Positions 52,001-64,000 of a stretch of 64,000 nt of DNA are shown piece after piece. Below the pieces are notes generated by a model. The model saw only the letters and a list, made by a program, of their open reading frames with translations. It was not told where the DNA came from and ran no database searches. Position numbers and translations under genes: made by a program. This stretch comes from Octopus sinensis (Eukaryota): contig NC_043000.1 in assembly GCF_006345805.1 (NCBI RefSeq), positions 13,020,001 to 13,084,000 of the forward strand, written 5' to 3'. Each line of letters starts with the position of its first letter. Positions within the stretch are counted from its first letter, which is position 1.

Positions 52001-52863
52001 CTATACATACATACACACATACGTATGTACATACATACATACATACATACATTCATTCATTCATTCATTCATTCATTCATTCATTCATTCATTCATTTAT
52101 TCTGGAATAAAATATATACCAGTAATATACCTGACTCAAAATATTTGATTATACACACTCTCTCATAAGACTGGACAAAGGAAACAATTTGTTTCCTGTG
52201 TTTTTATTGTCTTTCAATTTCAACACGAATCGATTAGTTATTGTATTAGCAATTGTTCATATTCATAGAACTTTTGTTATTTCTAACCACTCGTGAAATT
52301 TATGCAAAACCTGTTATGATGTAGTCAAACACTTTGCATAGTGATGTAAGTCAACAACTGCAGTACAACTGGAACTCACTAGTTAAGCACTAGTTCACAG
52401 TCATATACATCACATTATTATTATTAGCTGTAAGGCTAAGATGCCAAACGATTGACCATATAGTCAGAAGTTCAAATCCTACTACTGCTATTGTGTTGTA
52501 CTGTTATTATAGCTTGTATTTCAATAGCCATCTATGTATCATACTTAATGTATATACATCATTGATTGGCTTATTACTGTGGTTTTACAACAATTTGCTT
52601 GGCTGAATAAAGAAGAAAAGGTTTTGTTTTTACTTCCATACTTCAGTGGACATAGGTAACAAGAATATCTTGCAGTAAACACATTTGTTTCTAAAAACCT
52701 AATACCCGACACATGTATACATTCAGAAAGAGATGCCAAACAGTGAACAAAAAGTGTGGGATTATCATCTTAGTTTTTCTCTTTATTTCAAATTCTGTCT
52801 TTCAGAAATAAAATACGACCTCATTGGAATGAAAATTGTAATAAAAAAATTTCTTTCTTTCAG

Positions 52864-53055
52864 GGCAATACTGGGATTTGGTTGGCTATTGTAGTTATTT
52901 TATTTTCATCGGGAGTTGTTTTAATTGTGTCCCTGAGTGCCATTGGAGTATGCGAGCGGTGTAAGATGGATGGTGGAGGAGTCTACTTCCTCATCTCACA
53001 TGTACTTGGAGGCAGAATTGGTGGCAGTGTTGGTGTAATGTATTGCTTCTCACAG
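52864..53055 (+). CDS. SLC12A8: SLC12A8 coding exon 3 (GNTGIW...GGGVYFLISHVLGGRIGGSVGVMYCFSQ)
   Basis: ctttcAG / GTAATT junctions, 192 nt, CCC-family GGxYxxISxxLG loop motif. Confidence 0.95.
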
Positions 53056-53309
53056 GTAATTATCAATTTGAATTTCTACTTTGGATAGAATTTTTTTCAG
53101 TTCATGAGGTAACAATTCTTAAAGGGAGAAACTGCAACAAACTTAGAGAGAGTCAATTGGTATGCTAGAAATAACTGCCAAATCTTCATGGTCAATCAAT
53201 GTGCTAGAAATAGCAACCAACCAAACAAAAAAAAGAAGAACACGGTACAGAATTACAAATACAAACAACAAGAAATAACAACAGGCACCATGCCATATGA
53301 TAAAGAAAA

Positions 53310-53646
53310 TACTGGCTGGCTCCATGCCAGTGGCACGTAAAAGGGCACCATTCAAACATGATCATTACCAACTTCACCTTACTGGTACCTGTGCCGGTGG
53401 CATGTGTAAAAAGATTCCAGCGAGGTCATTGCCAGTACCACCTGACTGGCCCCGTGCTAGTGGCACATAAAAAGCACCCACTACACTCTTGGAGTGGTTG
53501 GCGTTAGGAAGAGCATCCAGCTGTAGAAACTCTGCTAGATCAAGATTGGAGCCTGGTGCAGCCGTCTGGTTTGCCAGCCCTCAGTCAAAATCGTCCAACC
53601 CATGCTAGCGTGGAAGGTGGACGTTAAATGATGATGATGATGATGA
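53310..53646 (+). mobile_element. SINE family C copy in SLC12A8 intron 3
   Basis: Close match to 6470-6835. Confidence 0.85.
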
Positions 53647-53730
53647 TTGTAAATAAGAAATGTCAAACATCTCTACACTCTATGTACAGAATATGAGTTA
53701 GAAAATTATCAATTAATAACTCTATTACAG

Positions 53731-53848
53731 GCTGCTGGTTGCTCCTTATCAGTAATGGGTTTTGGAGAATCCATTATGGGTTTAATGGAAGACTCTAATC
53801 CATGGATTGCACGAGGGATTGCTACTGCTGTTGTGCTGCTGCTTTTAG
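53731..53848 (+). CDS. SLC12A8: SLC12A8 coding exon 4 (AAGCSLSVMGFGESIMGLMEDSNPWIARGIATAVVLLLL-G)
   Basis: ttacAG / GTAAGC junctions, 118 nt, phase 0 to 1; GFxESI and WxxRGI match the family. Confidence 0.93.
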
Positions 53849-54181
53849 GTAAGCAATGTTATTTTATATAAATCATCTCATGCATTGTGGCTGTCTGTGT
53901 ATGTAATAATCAGTAAGTAGTGCAGTAAGTCATTGAAGTTTGAAGAGACAGTGTGTGTGTTTATTGCAGTTTCTTGTGTGTACAGTATGATGTACAGTTG
54001 CTACTGGTGAATTTAGTGCTCCACATAGAGCATCATCACCCTCTCTACTTCCTATAAAGTGGTGTGGTTACCACTGTACTTAGCATTATTACTAGTTATG
54101 GTAAACAAAGGAAATTTGGGAAAAAATTATGATGAACACAAGATGCATTTTATATCATTTGCTCTCTATGTACATTTCACC

Positions 54182-54221
<40 letters not shown>

Positions 54222-54858
54222 ATATATATAGGATCAGGCATGGCTATGTAGTAAGAAGCTTGCCTCCCGACCACATGGTTCTTAGTTCAGTCCCACTGCA
54301 TGGCACCTTTGGCAAGTGTCTTCTACTATTACCACAGGCTGACCAAAGTCTTGTGAGTGGAATTCGTAGATGGAAATTGAAAGAAGCCTGTCATATATAT
54401 ATATATATATTCAAGTAATGCCTCAAGGTGCTTATCATCAAACTCAACAGGACGTCCTGTTCAATCTTCATCTTCAAGACTGAAATTTCCACTTCTGAAT
54501 TTTGCCTTCTGCAAGTTCTTTCATTCAAACATTCTTTCCTATAAACTGAGTGTATGTTTCGAGTCACTTAGGATGCAGAGTTTCCTTTTTTTTTGTATTC
54601 ATAAAGTAATTAAGTGCCTCAAATGCTCTTTGGATACTTCCATGTTAGAAAGGGTTTTAATCAAAGAAATTTTAATTCTATTATTCTGAAAAATGATATT
54701 TAATTAGTTTAAATGTACACAAATGCATAAAAATAATTTTTAATTCCATTACACATTCTAAAATGCTATTAAATTTCATTCAATTTTAAAAAAGGTAAAA
54801 TCACACAGAACTTATGGGATGACTTGAATATATTTTTTATAGCCAATGTAACTGTATG

Positions 54859-54892
<34 letters not shown>

Positions 54893-55227
54893 TAGTATGT
54901 AAAATTCTGTTATCTAATTTATTTCTCTCTGTCCAAATTTTCCTTCAAGAAAGACATCATCCAAACGGCTGGATTTTCCACTCCTCACAGAAAATTCACT
55001 GTACTCTTTTTATTGATTTTACTACATAATATTAGTCTTGTTGACATAGACCAACTCAAACCTCTTTGGTATCTGTTTGGTCATATATATATATATATAT
55101 ATATATGCATGTATTTATGACCAGAAAAATAAATATTGATTTTAATAGGTGAGTGTGAAGAAAAAACCCTATAATTAAAGCCATATGTCTACCTATATCT
55201 ACCTCTTTCTCTTTTTATCACCAATAG

Positions 55228-55341
55228 GTATTAATGTAGCAGGTGTTAAATGGGTGATTCGAGTTCAGTTGGTGTTGCTGGTTATTATTTTCCTATCAGT
55301 GATGGATTTCTTAGTTGGATCCTTTGTCCACACAGATCCAG
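55228..55341 (+). CDS. SLC12A8: SLC12A8 coding exon 5 (GINVAGVKWVIRVQ...DFLVGSFVHTDP)
   Basis: aatAG / GTAATA junctions, 114 nt, phase 1 to 1; GINxAGVKWxIRxQ motif. Confidence 0.95.
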
Positions 55342-55364
55342 GTAATACCAAATGTTTTAATTCT

Positions 55365-56806
55365 CATTTACCATCCTTTCTCTCAAAATTGCTGGCCTTG
55401 TGTCTATGTTAGAAACAATTTAAACATGGCAAAATAGTAAAATTGTTGGAGCATTAGAGAAAAAAACAAACTTTGTAGTATTTCTTCTGGTTCTTTACAT
55501 TAGAAGAGTCCAGTTTGCTGGACATTGTTGTAGAGCTGAAAACGAGGTAATTTCTACTTTTCTCCTCTGAAAGCCATCTGCTTGCGATACCAAAGGGCGC
55601 ACACTCTCCTACCCTGATGTAATTTCCAGGGATACAGGCATCCAGCAACAGGACCTCCGTAATGCTATGATGGACTGTGAAGTCTGGCGTAACATAGTAA
55701 ATTCCATTGTCTAGACCACGGTCGAACAATGATTATGATGATGACATTTCAAATCCTGTTGACCCCTCAATAAAATATTAGGGGTTGATGATATCAACTT
55801 AGTTTCTTCACTTAAAATTGTTGGCCTTGTGTCTATGTTACAAACAATTATTATTAAGGTGGTAGTGGATTGGCAGAATTGTTAAAGCATCAGACAAAAT
55901 GCTTTTTGATATTTTTCTTCAGCTCTTTGCATTCTCATTTCAAATCCTACCAAGGGTGGCTTTGCCTTTCAACTATTTCTCTGGTGTCAGTAAAATCTAC
56001 TGGGTTAATTATCCTTTTGAGGTCAATGAAGTAATGAACGGGTGAAGTGCTGGAGTCAATGGTATTGACTAACCCTTCCCTTCAAAATTGTTGACCTTGT
56101 TCCTAAATTAGAAACAATTATTATTATTATTATTATTCTTATTGAGCTGGCTGAATTGTTAGCAGGTCAGGCAAAACGCTTAGCGGCATTTCATCCATCG
56201 TTACGTTCTGAGTACAAATTCCACCAAGGCTGACTTTACCTGTCATCCTTCTGAGGTCGATTAAGTAAGTACCAGTTATGCACTGGGGTTAATGTAACTG
56301 ACTTATTCCCTTCCCCCAAATTCCAGGCCTTCTGCCTACAGTAGAAAGGATTATTATTATCATTGAAAGGCAGTGAGCTGGCAGTATCATTATCATCCTC
56401 ACAAAATGCTTAACGGTATTTAATGCGTCTTTACGTTCTGAGTTCAAATTCCACCAAGGTCAACTTTGCCTTTCATCCTTTCAGGGTCAATAAAACAAGC
56501 AGCAGTTCAGCACTGGGGGTTGATGTAATAAACTTATCCAACACCTTACTGAAATTGCTGGCCTTGTGTATATAGTAGAAAGGAATTTTATTACTACAGA
56601 GATGGTCAGCTGGCTGAATTATTAGTGCACCGGACAAAATGCTTAGCATTTAATCCATCTTTACATTCTGAGTTCAAATTTTGCCAAGGTTAACTTGGCC
56701 TTTCACCCTTTTGGGAGTCGATAAAATAAGTACCAGTTGAACTATGGTGTCGATGTAATCAACTTGCCCTCTCCTGAAGTTGCTGGCCTTGTGCCAAAAC
56801 TTGAGA
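55365..56806 (+). mobile_element. Head-to-tail cluster of about five family A SINEs
   Basis: Repeated GAGCTGGC...TTCTGAGTTCAAAT...CCTTTCATCCTT...GGCCTTGTG...AGAAA units separated by (ATT)n. Confidence 0.8.
55502..55745 (+). mobile_element. RTE-like LINE 3' end nested in a SINE
   Basis: RRVQFAGHCCRAENEVISTFLL*KP...GRTLSYPDVISRDTG...DLRNAMMDCEVWR; (GAT)n tail. Confidence 0.8.
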
Positions 56807-56807
56807 C

Positions 56808-57097
<290 letters not shown>

Positions 57098-57099
57098 AC

Positions 57100-57558
57100 T
57101 ATTAGTATACAATATCGTGAGGTTGTTGATTGAAGATATTGTGTCAACCAGGGGTTTGTATTGTTTGTCAAGTCACAACAAGGACCTCAGACAGACAGTA
57201 CTTTACGCAATATGCGTGCAGTTCCAAGTAATGCCAAACTTTTGCAATACACCTAGGTTGTAGGCTATTACTAAAGTTTTCAGATACTTTTTCGGATTGG
57301 ATGGTATTGAACCCAATGCTCCAATGACAATAAGGATAACCTTTGTTTGACTCTCGTAGCTATCACATCTTAGCGATTTCAATTCTCAGGTCTACATATT
57401 TATCAATCTTTTCTTTTTCTTTCATGATGATAAGTTGATCTCCTGGCACTGCCACGTCAATTGTTAGGCACTCTTGTTTGTCCCTCCTAAAGGTTACTAT
57501 ACCCAGCTTTCAATGCTCTAATACCTTGTCTGTCTGGAAGTCAAAGTCCCAGAGAATT
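57100..57558 (-). mobile_element. R4/Dong-type (restriction-like endonuclease) LINE 3' fragment
   Basis: Reverse translation ILWDFDFQTDKVLEH*KLGIV...CLTIDVAVPGD...KEKEKIDKYVDL...KVILIVIGALGSIP...ALLGTARILRKVL; flanked by ATT/TAA-type repeats. Confidence 0.85.
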
Positions 57559-58512
57559 TATTATTATTGTTGTTATTATCATTATCAGTAATACTAATAA
57601 GGCATCAAGCTAGAAGAATTGTTATTGTGTTGGACAAAATACTTTGTGGCATTGATTCTGGCTCTTTACATTCCGAGTTCAAAATATGCAAAGGTTGAAT
57701 ATGACTTTCATCCCTTCAGGGTTGATAAAATAAAGTACCAGTCCAGCACTAGGTGTCAATGTTATTGACTAGCACACCTCCCACCAAGATTTCAGGTTCT
57801 GTGCTCATAGTAGAAAGGATTATTATTGTTATTGTTGTTGCTATTGATGTTATTGTTGATATTATTATTATTATTGTAGTTGTAGTAGTAGTATCAGTAG
57901 CAGAAGTATTTTGGTTGAGGTCACAACTATGCATATACAACAAAAGTTGTGCTGTTGATTAGGTCAAAAATACATCAAACTGCAAGAGAATAAATATTCT
58001 CAAAACTTATGTTAAAGAGTACTTTTTGAAGATTTCACTTTAAAAGAATTATTATAATTCTACTAAAACCATGATTTGTGATCATTATGAAATACATAGC
58101 CAGTATCTTTAGTTAGCCAGTGATTGTATTGAAAATATAGCTGTAGGTCAAAGAACATATGTGACCTGTTGTATTTTGGCCGATAGTAAGTTGATTTCTT
58201 ATAAAGGGTATCTGTAAAATCGTTCGTGAGCAGAACATAATATTGATTTGGGAAAATTTATATATGTTTGACGTAATGCACTAGATATTGCCTATATTAA
58301 AATTGGATTTTTTTGTTCAAATTTCATAAAGTAAGAATTGAACAACAATATTTATAGTGTGCTACAGCTGCATAATCATGTCGTCTTAGAGTTGTACTAT
58401 ATTTTATTTTGTGCTCTGGGGACAGTTATATGTCACAATATTTAAAGGTATACACATAATACACCATGCACATACATATATATATAGATATGTCTGACCA
58501 TGCATATGTGTG

Positions 58513-58542
<30 letters not shown>

Positions 58543-58544
<2 letters not shown>

Positions 58545-58727
58545 CATAAGGACGGATGTATATGTCTACCTGCTAGAAATGAGAGCTAAAACTCTCGTTT
58601 AAACCATTGAAATAACACTGAAAACAACAACAGATTCTGTTATTGTTTTCAGTGTTATTTTGATGGTTTAAACGTGGGTTTTAACTCTCATTTCTAGCAG
58701 ATAGACGTATATATACATCCTTATGAT
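58543..58727. repeat. Near-perfect palindrome, ~92-bp arms with essentially no spacer
   Basis: Centre aacaga-t-tctgtt at 58629-58641; the left arm starts at a (TA)n tract. Confidence 0.93.
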
Positions 58728-59001
58728 TGATATAATTTTAATTCTATAGCTATATAATGCTATTTTAGGCATGCAACCACCTATATTAATGTTGCTGTTA
58801 TTATCATCTATTTATATTGCCTTTGATAATAATAGCAATATAAATGTCTATATAAATATTCAAACATGAATATTATCTCCTGATTAGTATATATATATAT
58901 ATATATGTGTGTGTATATAGTTAGTTATTAATGAGGGATTATCTATGGGCAAAATACTTTATAATCTCTGTTAGTATACCAGGTTAAAAATATTGTTTAG
59001 A

Positions 59002-59094
59002 TTAGTAAGAAACTGTGCATTCATGTGGTAGGGTCCAAGGTTATAAACTATAACCTTGGACCCTGACATAAGGATGTGCAGAGTTCCTTACTAA
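59002..59094. repeat. ~93-nt hairpin with a perfect 16-bp apical stem
   Basis: AGGGTCCAAGGTTATA-aac-TATAACCTTGGACCCT at 59030-59064; outer pairing TTAGTAAG / CTTACTAA. Confidence 0.85.
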
Positions 59095-59871
59095 AATAAA
59101 AGCGTAAATATCCCCTTTGGTCATGAATAACCATGAGATTGCACCTAGAATGTTCCCCTCCGAGGCACAAGTCCGAGTAAGGTTATTTATGGAAGACCAG
59201 CAGTTGTCCGTGCATACCAGCCTCCCTTCTCCACACCAGTGATGTTATCCAAAGGAAAGGCAAAGGCCGATGCAGCGGAGTGAACTGGAGCAACGTGAAA
59301 TAAAGTGTCTTGCTCAAGAACATAAGACACAGCCCGGTCTGGGAATCAAACTCACTACCTCATGATTGTGAGCCTAATGCTCTAGCCACTGAGTCATGTA
59401 CTTTCATACACACACCCACAAATATACATAAAAGAAAAGATGATTTTTACAGCATTGAAGATGAGACTTAATATGGTTATAACTCCAAAATTATTTTAGG
59501 GCTGGAGTAAAAATATATCCCTACAGAGAATTTTTAAAAATAGTTAATCTTTTTATCTTTTGTATCTAGTTTTCTTATTTCTATCATTTTTAAAAATCTA
59601 AAATGATAGAATAACCTTCCTCGGATTTGTGCCTCAGAGGGGAACTTTCTAGGTGCAATCCCATGGTCATTCATGACCAAAGGGGGTCTTTACCCTTTTA
59701 TTCTATCATCTGACTCATACATTGTTCGCTTTCCAGACATTTCTACATTACTGCATGTACTTTATATGCACTTTCTGACAAGTTGTGGTGCACCTGAGCA
59801 CTGTATACAATAATTTCATTATTATTATTATTAAAATATAATGTCCATGCTGCTTTTTTATATTTTTATAG

Positions 59872-60073
59872 CAAATGGTGTATTGGGCTATTTAGCTTCA
59901 AATCTGAACAACAACAGCCAGTCTGACTTTTTAGAGGGAGAATCATTTTTTACCATCATGGGCTTATTCTTTTCTACGGTCACTGGAATATTGGCCGGCA
60001 TTAATATGAGTGGTGACCTTCATGATCCTTTCAATAACATTCCAACAGGCACTCTCTCAGCTTTAGGAGTTTC
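59872..60073 (+). CDS. SLC12A8: SLC12A8 coding exon 6 (ANGVLGY...GESFFTIMGLFFSTVTGILAGINMSGDL...LGVS)
   Basis: ttttatAG / GTAAGT junctions, 202 nt, phase 1 to 2; TM6 TGxxAGxNMSGDL motif. Confidence 0.95.
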
Positions 60074-60789
60074 GTAAGTAAACAATGAATATTCCCTTCT
60101 TTCTTTCTTTCTTTCTTCCTTTGTCTCTCACTCTGTCTGTTTCTCTCCCTCCCTCCCGCCTCCCTCCCTCCCGCCTCCCTCCCTCTTCCTTTTCCTTCCT
60201 TCCTTCTAAATAACAGGTTTCATTATTAGCTAAATTGTTGGCTATCTGACAGAGCTGTTACCACGCCAGACAAAATGCTATTCTTCCAGCTCTTTATGTT
60301 TTGAGTTCAAATGCTGCTGAGGTCCATTTTGCCTTTCATCTAAACTGAAAGAAAATCATTGTGTTTATGTATGTATGTATGTATGTATGTATGTGTGTGT
60401 GAGTGTGTGTACTTAGAAGGTTGTTTATTATGGCTGGTCAGAGAGTGACTTTTGGTTTTGCTCCCACAAAGTGCTTAGATGTATAGCTGACTCATCAAGT
60501 TCAATTTTTTGGTTTATAAAATTCACTGACTATGACGTTTTCCTCTCTTCAGTTGTAAGGAGCTCATGTACCTCTGGCCATTTGAGCCAGACAAGTTGCC
60601 TATACAGCTAAGAGCTTTATAAGTGTAAAACCAATTGTCACTCTCTGACCTGCCATAACAAACAACCTGCTAAATATACTACTGCTCTAACGTTTTAGAG
60701 TGTGTTCCTTTTTCATGTATATGAACTACTGATATGTATGTATGTGTGTGTGTGTGTGTATGTATGTATGTCATCTTCATAGTCATAAA

Positions 60790-61100
60790 GTGAGACAGAT
60801 GAGTGACAACCTGGCCACTGGTGGTGGTGTAACATACCATACTAATCATATCTGTCGGGCATGTGGAAGAGAGTGTAATTTGGCAGGAGGACTTAAACGA
60901 CATGCAAAGGTACATGAAGCCCAGTTACAACTACAGCCGGCTATTACTGGTAAAGGTATTAGTTGCCAATTCTGTACAAGACATTGTAGATCTTTAGCTG
61001 GGCTAAAAAGTCACAGTCGATCACAGGACCAGTAACAGTTAAGCTTCGTGCAATGGCCATACTCAATAACGAGGGAGCAGCCATAATGTATGTATGTATA
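60790..61100 (+). mobile_element. RTE-like LINE 3' end encoding two C2H2-type zinc-finger motifs
   Basis: HICRACGRECNLAGGLKRHAKVH and CQFCTRHCRSLAGLKSHSRS; short 3' UTR and (TATG)n tail. Confidence 0.65.
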
Positions 61101-61573
61101 TATGTATTAATGTGTCTGTGTCTTTGAGTCCTACCAATGCTTGACAACCAGTGTTGGTTTGTTTACATTCCTGTAACTTAACATTTCGTTAAAAGAGACC
61201 AATAGAATAAGTACTGAGCTTAAAAATATGAACTGGGATTAATTTGTTTGGCTAAACCCTTCAAGGCAGTGCCCTGGCATGACTGCAGTCCAATGAAGGA
61301 AACAAGTAAGAGATAAAACACTTTCAGATGCCATTTTGACCTTAGTTTAGAAGGCCTACTTTTGTCATATACTAAGGATTACATAAATAGTAGAAGTGCC
61401 TGTGGTATACTCAGCTACTTACGTTACAAACTGAGTCGATAGTTTCATTGACCAAACAATTAGAACTCAGGAAATCCATAGAAATCATGCAAATTCTATA
61501 TTATTTTTGTATGCAAACATTACTTTTTTCAATATTCTGTATTGTTAACTTGGTTTCTTCTCTCTTTTGATAG

Positions 61574-61661
61574 TACCTTCTTATATGTTGCTATTGCAAC
61601 TGTTCTTGGGGCAACCTGCACAAGAGCTTCACTTCAGGGTTATTATATGATAGCAGAAAAG
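61574..61661 (+). CDS. SLC12A8: SLC12A8 coding exon 7 (TFLYVAIATVLGATCTRASLQGYYMIAEK)
   Basis: ttttgatAG / GTAAGT junctions, 88 nt, phase 2 to 0; LGAxCTRxxL...IAEK matches the family. Confidence 0.93.
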
Positions 61662-62161
61662 GTAAGTCATATGAAATACACTAAAATACTGTTTGCTTTA
61701 AGCTAATAAATCACTTTAGTATCAGTTATGAGTATGGATTTTTTTTTCATTTGATTCGTAAAGTTTCAGTTCTGATCCAGTTGATTATTTGTCAGCCTAT
61801 TGACCAATACACTAGTGCTGTGATGCAACCACAGCCAAGACATGTAAATCATACTGACCCCTTTGTATCTTGCCCTGGTCCCAAACCCCTCACTGAACAC
61901 TTACATCAAGTCGTCCTTCATAGAATTGCATTCCTCTGCAATTTTTTGACAAGCATCTACTCAAAGAATCTCTAATTGAACAACTTTAATCTTATCAATA
62001 GCGAAGGGCTTTCAAAGGAATATTGATCTGATCTCACTAATTAACTGTTTAAATGGATGCAGCTTAATCAAGCACTGTCTTAAAGTGAATCAGATTAATA
62101 ATCCATTGCTCTTAGGTTGTGGCAGTTGATCTCTCTAATTTGCAATATCTTCACATTCTCA

Positions 62162-62378
62162 AGGCAGTGAGCTGGCAGAAATGTTAGCAAACCAGGCAAA
62201 ATGCTTAGTGGTATTTCATCTGTCTTTATGTTCTGAGTTCAAATTCTGCTGAGGTCAACTTTACCTTTCATCCTTTTGGGGTCGATAAATTAAGTACCAG
62301 TTGTGTACTTGGGTCGATCTAATGAACTGGCCCCCACCCCAAAAATTTTGGGCCTTGTACCTAGAGTAGAAAAGAATA
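62162..62378 (+). mobile_element. SINE family A copy
   Basis: Similarity to 5501-5660. Confidence 0.85.
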
Positions 62379-62853
62379 TCTTCACATTCTCGTATTGAAA
62401 TTTTCAAAAGTCTCCAAATGGCTCAGATAAATTATTGTTAAAAAGATTATAATTTTTTTGGACAGTTAACCTCATATTTATGGATGAGAGATTTGCTCAA
62501 TACTTACATTTGTGTAGATGCAAATTTTAGAAAATACAGAAATATTATAATCTTGAGAAAATCCTGATTTTAATGACTGAGGAAGGCCTACACAGTAATT
62601 AACAAATGATATTGCTGGAAAAGAGCCACTCATTACTGACATCGCAATAATAATAATAAAATCACTCATTAATGGATGCATCTAATTATGAAAGAACAGC
62701 AGCTGGCTATAGTTATTGCTCACTCATAAGACATCAACCACTTCCTTTATTTCTCTCTTCAGTGAATTGTTTTACCTTTTTGGAAACAGGTGCTATCTTG
62801 CATTTTATTTGGTCAATGTAACAATAATAAAATATTTCATTCTATTCTTGCAG

Positions 62854-63000
62854 GTTTCTGTTATTGGAATTCTTTTTCTGGCTGGTTTATACATATCTTC
62901 AATTTCTTCATGTATGGGTAGTTTATATGGGCCACCCCGAATTCTCCAGTCTATAGCCAATGAAAATGTTATTCCTGCCATCAAACTACTTGGTCAAGGG
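62854..63000 (+). CDS. SLC12A8: SLC12A8 coding exon 8 ([49 protein letters not shown])
   Basis: cttgcAG / GTGAG junctions, 147 nt; GLYISS..SCMG.LYG.PRILQ motif. Confidence 0.96.
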
Positions 63001-63670
63001 GTGAGCATTTCCAATATTGAAAACTTCTATATTTTAGCCTGATTTCTTCTTCTTTAATATAATTATTTACAATATTGTTTTACAGCCTAAAATGATTGGA
63101 TTGGTATTTGAAATTTTGAATATTAGTATATGAGTTATTGGAGCTGTTGTATTTGTAGTTAAAGGATATTTCTGTCTCCAAAAACCTCAACAGTAAAATA
63201 GGACTTGTGTCTATAATTTATGTTGAATGGAGAATTGTAATACAGCAAGGTTTGAGTTCATAACCTTGTGATTTGTAATCTGGTATACTGATAGCATCTT
63301 ACTTTATTTCATGTTAAAATTTTATTAGAAATTAAAAAAAACAAAAGATTATTTATTTATTCAACTCTTATACCAAACTTTTCTATTCTTTATAATTCTA
63401 TCAACCATTGTAAATATATGTATGTATGTGTTTGTATATGTGCGTGTATGTATGTATGTATGTATGTATGTATGTGTATGTATATGCATGCATGTGTGGG
63501 TATGTTTGTATGCATGCATATGTATGTATATATGTATGTGTGTGTGTGCGTATGCATGCATGTGTGGGTATGTTTGTATGCATGCATATGTATGTATGTA
63601 TGTGTGTCTCTGTATTTATGTTCCTTTGGTAGATATTTGTTGACTAGTTATTTTTTTCCCCTATTTCCAG

Positions 63671-64000
63671 AAAGGTGCTAACAAGGTTCCTGTCTATGCT
63701 CTTGTTGTGGTGACATTAGTGATTCTTCTGTTTGTTGTTGTTGGTGATGTAAATACTTTGGCTCCAGTTGTCACCACCTCTTTCATGTTCACCTACGCTG
63801 CTGTTTGTTATTCCTACTTTGCACTAGCAATGAGCTATGACAGACGTCAGCAGCAAGATGCCAAGTACTCTGTAAAGCCTGTGGAGAACACTTTAAAATC
63901 AGAATTGGACGGTAAAGAATCATCAGATTACGGTTCCACCCACCAAGCTAAGCAACAGACTATACACAAAGATTCTTTCCAGCGTTTTGCTACTGACTTA
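63671..64000 (+). CDS. SLC12A8: SLC12A8 coding exon 9, truncated by window end ([11 protein letters not shown]...[28 protein letters not shown]...)
   Basis: tttccAG acceptor; 110 open codons to the window edge; TM9-TM10 motif VNxLAPxVTxxFMxTY. Confidence 0.95.

Overview
AT-rich, repeat-dense eukaryotic DNA. The SINE families, (TA)n/(CA)n/(TATG)n microsatellites and gene style point to a cephalopod, most likely Octopus (inference). One protein-coding gene is supported: a + strand SLC12A8 (CCC9) cation-chloride cotransporter family orthologue. Its 9 coding exons run from ATG 15071 off the window end, all with GT-AG junctions and matching phases, and the first coding intron is 33.7 kb. The rest is transposon-derived: several tRNA-type SINE families; CR1-, RTE- and R4/Dong-type LINE fragments; Helitron remnants, one with a PIF1 helicase fragment; and piggyBac, hAT and Tc1/mariner-pogo MITEs with readable TIRs and TSDs. 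The most notable non-obvious signal is a set of minimal type-I hammerhead-ribozyme motifs (CUGAnGA...GAAA-palindrome-UH). Several sit in or beside long fold-back inverted repeats next to (TA)n tracts, the architecture expected of Penelope-like element pseudo-LTRs. One copy with an intact core lies on the sense strand of the SLC12A8 intron. Most ORFs in the supplied track are microsatellite or SINE artefacts. Repeat boundaries are approximate unless a TSD or TIR is quoted.
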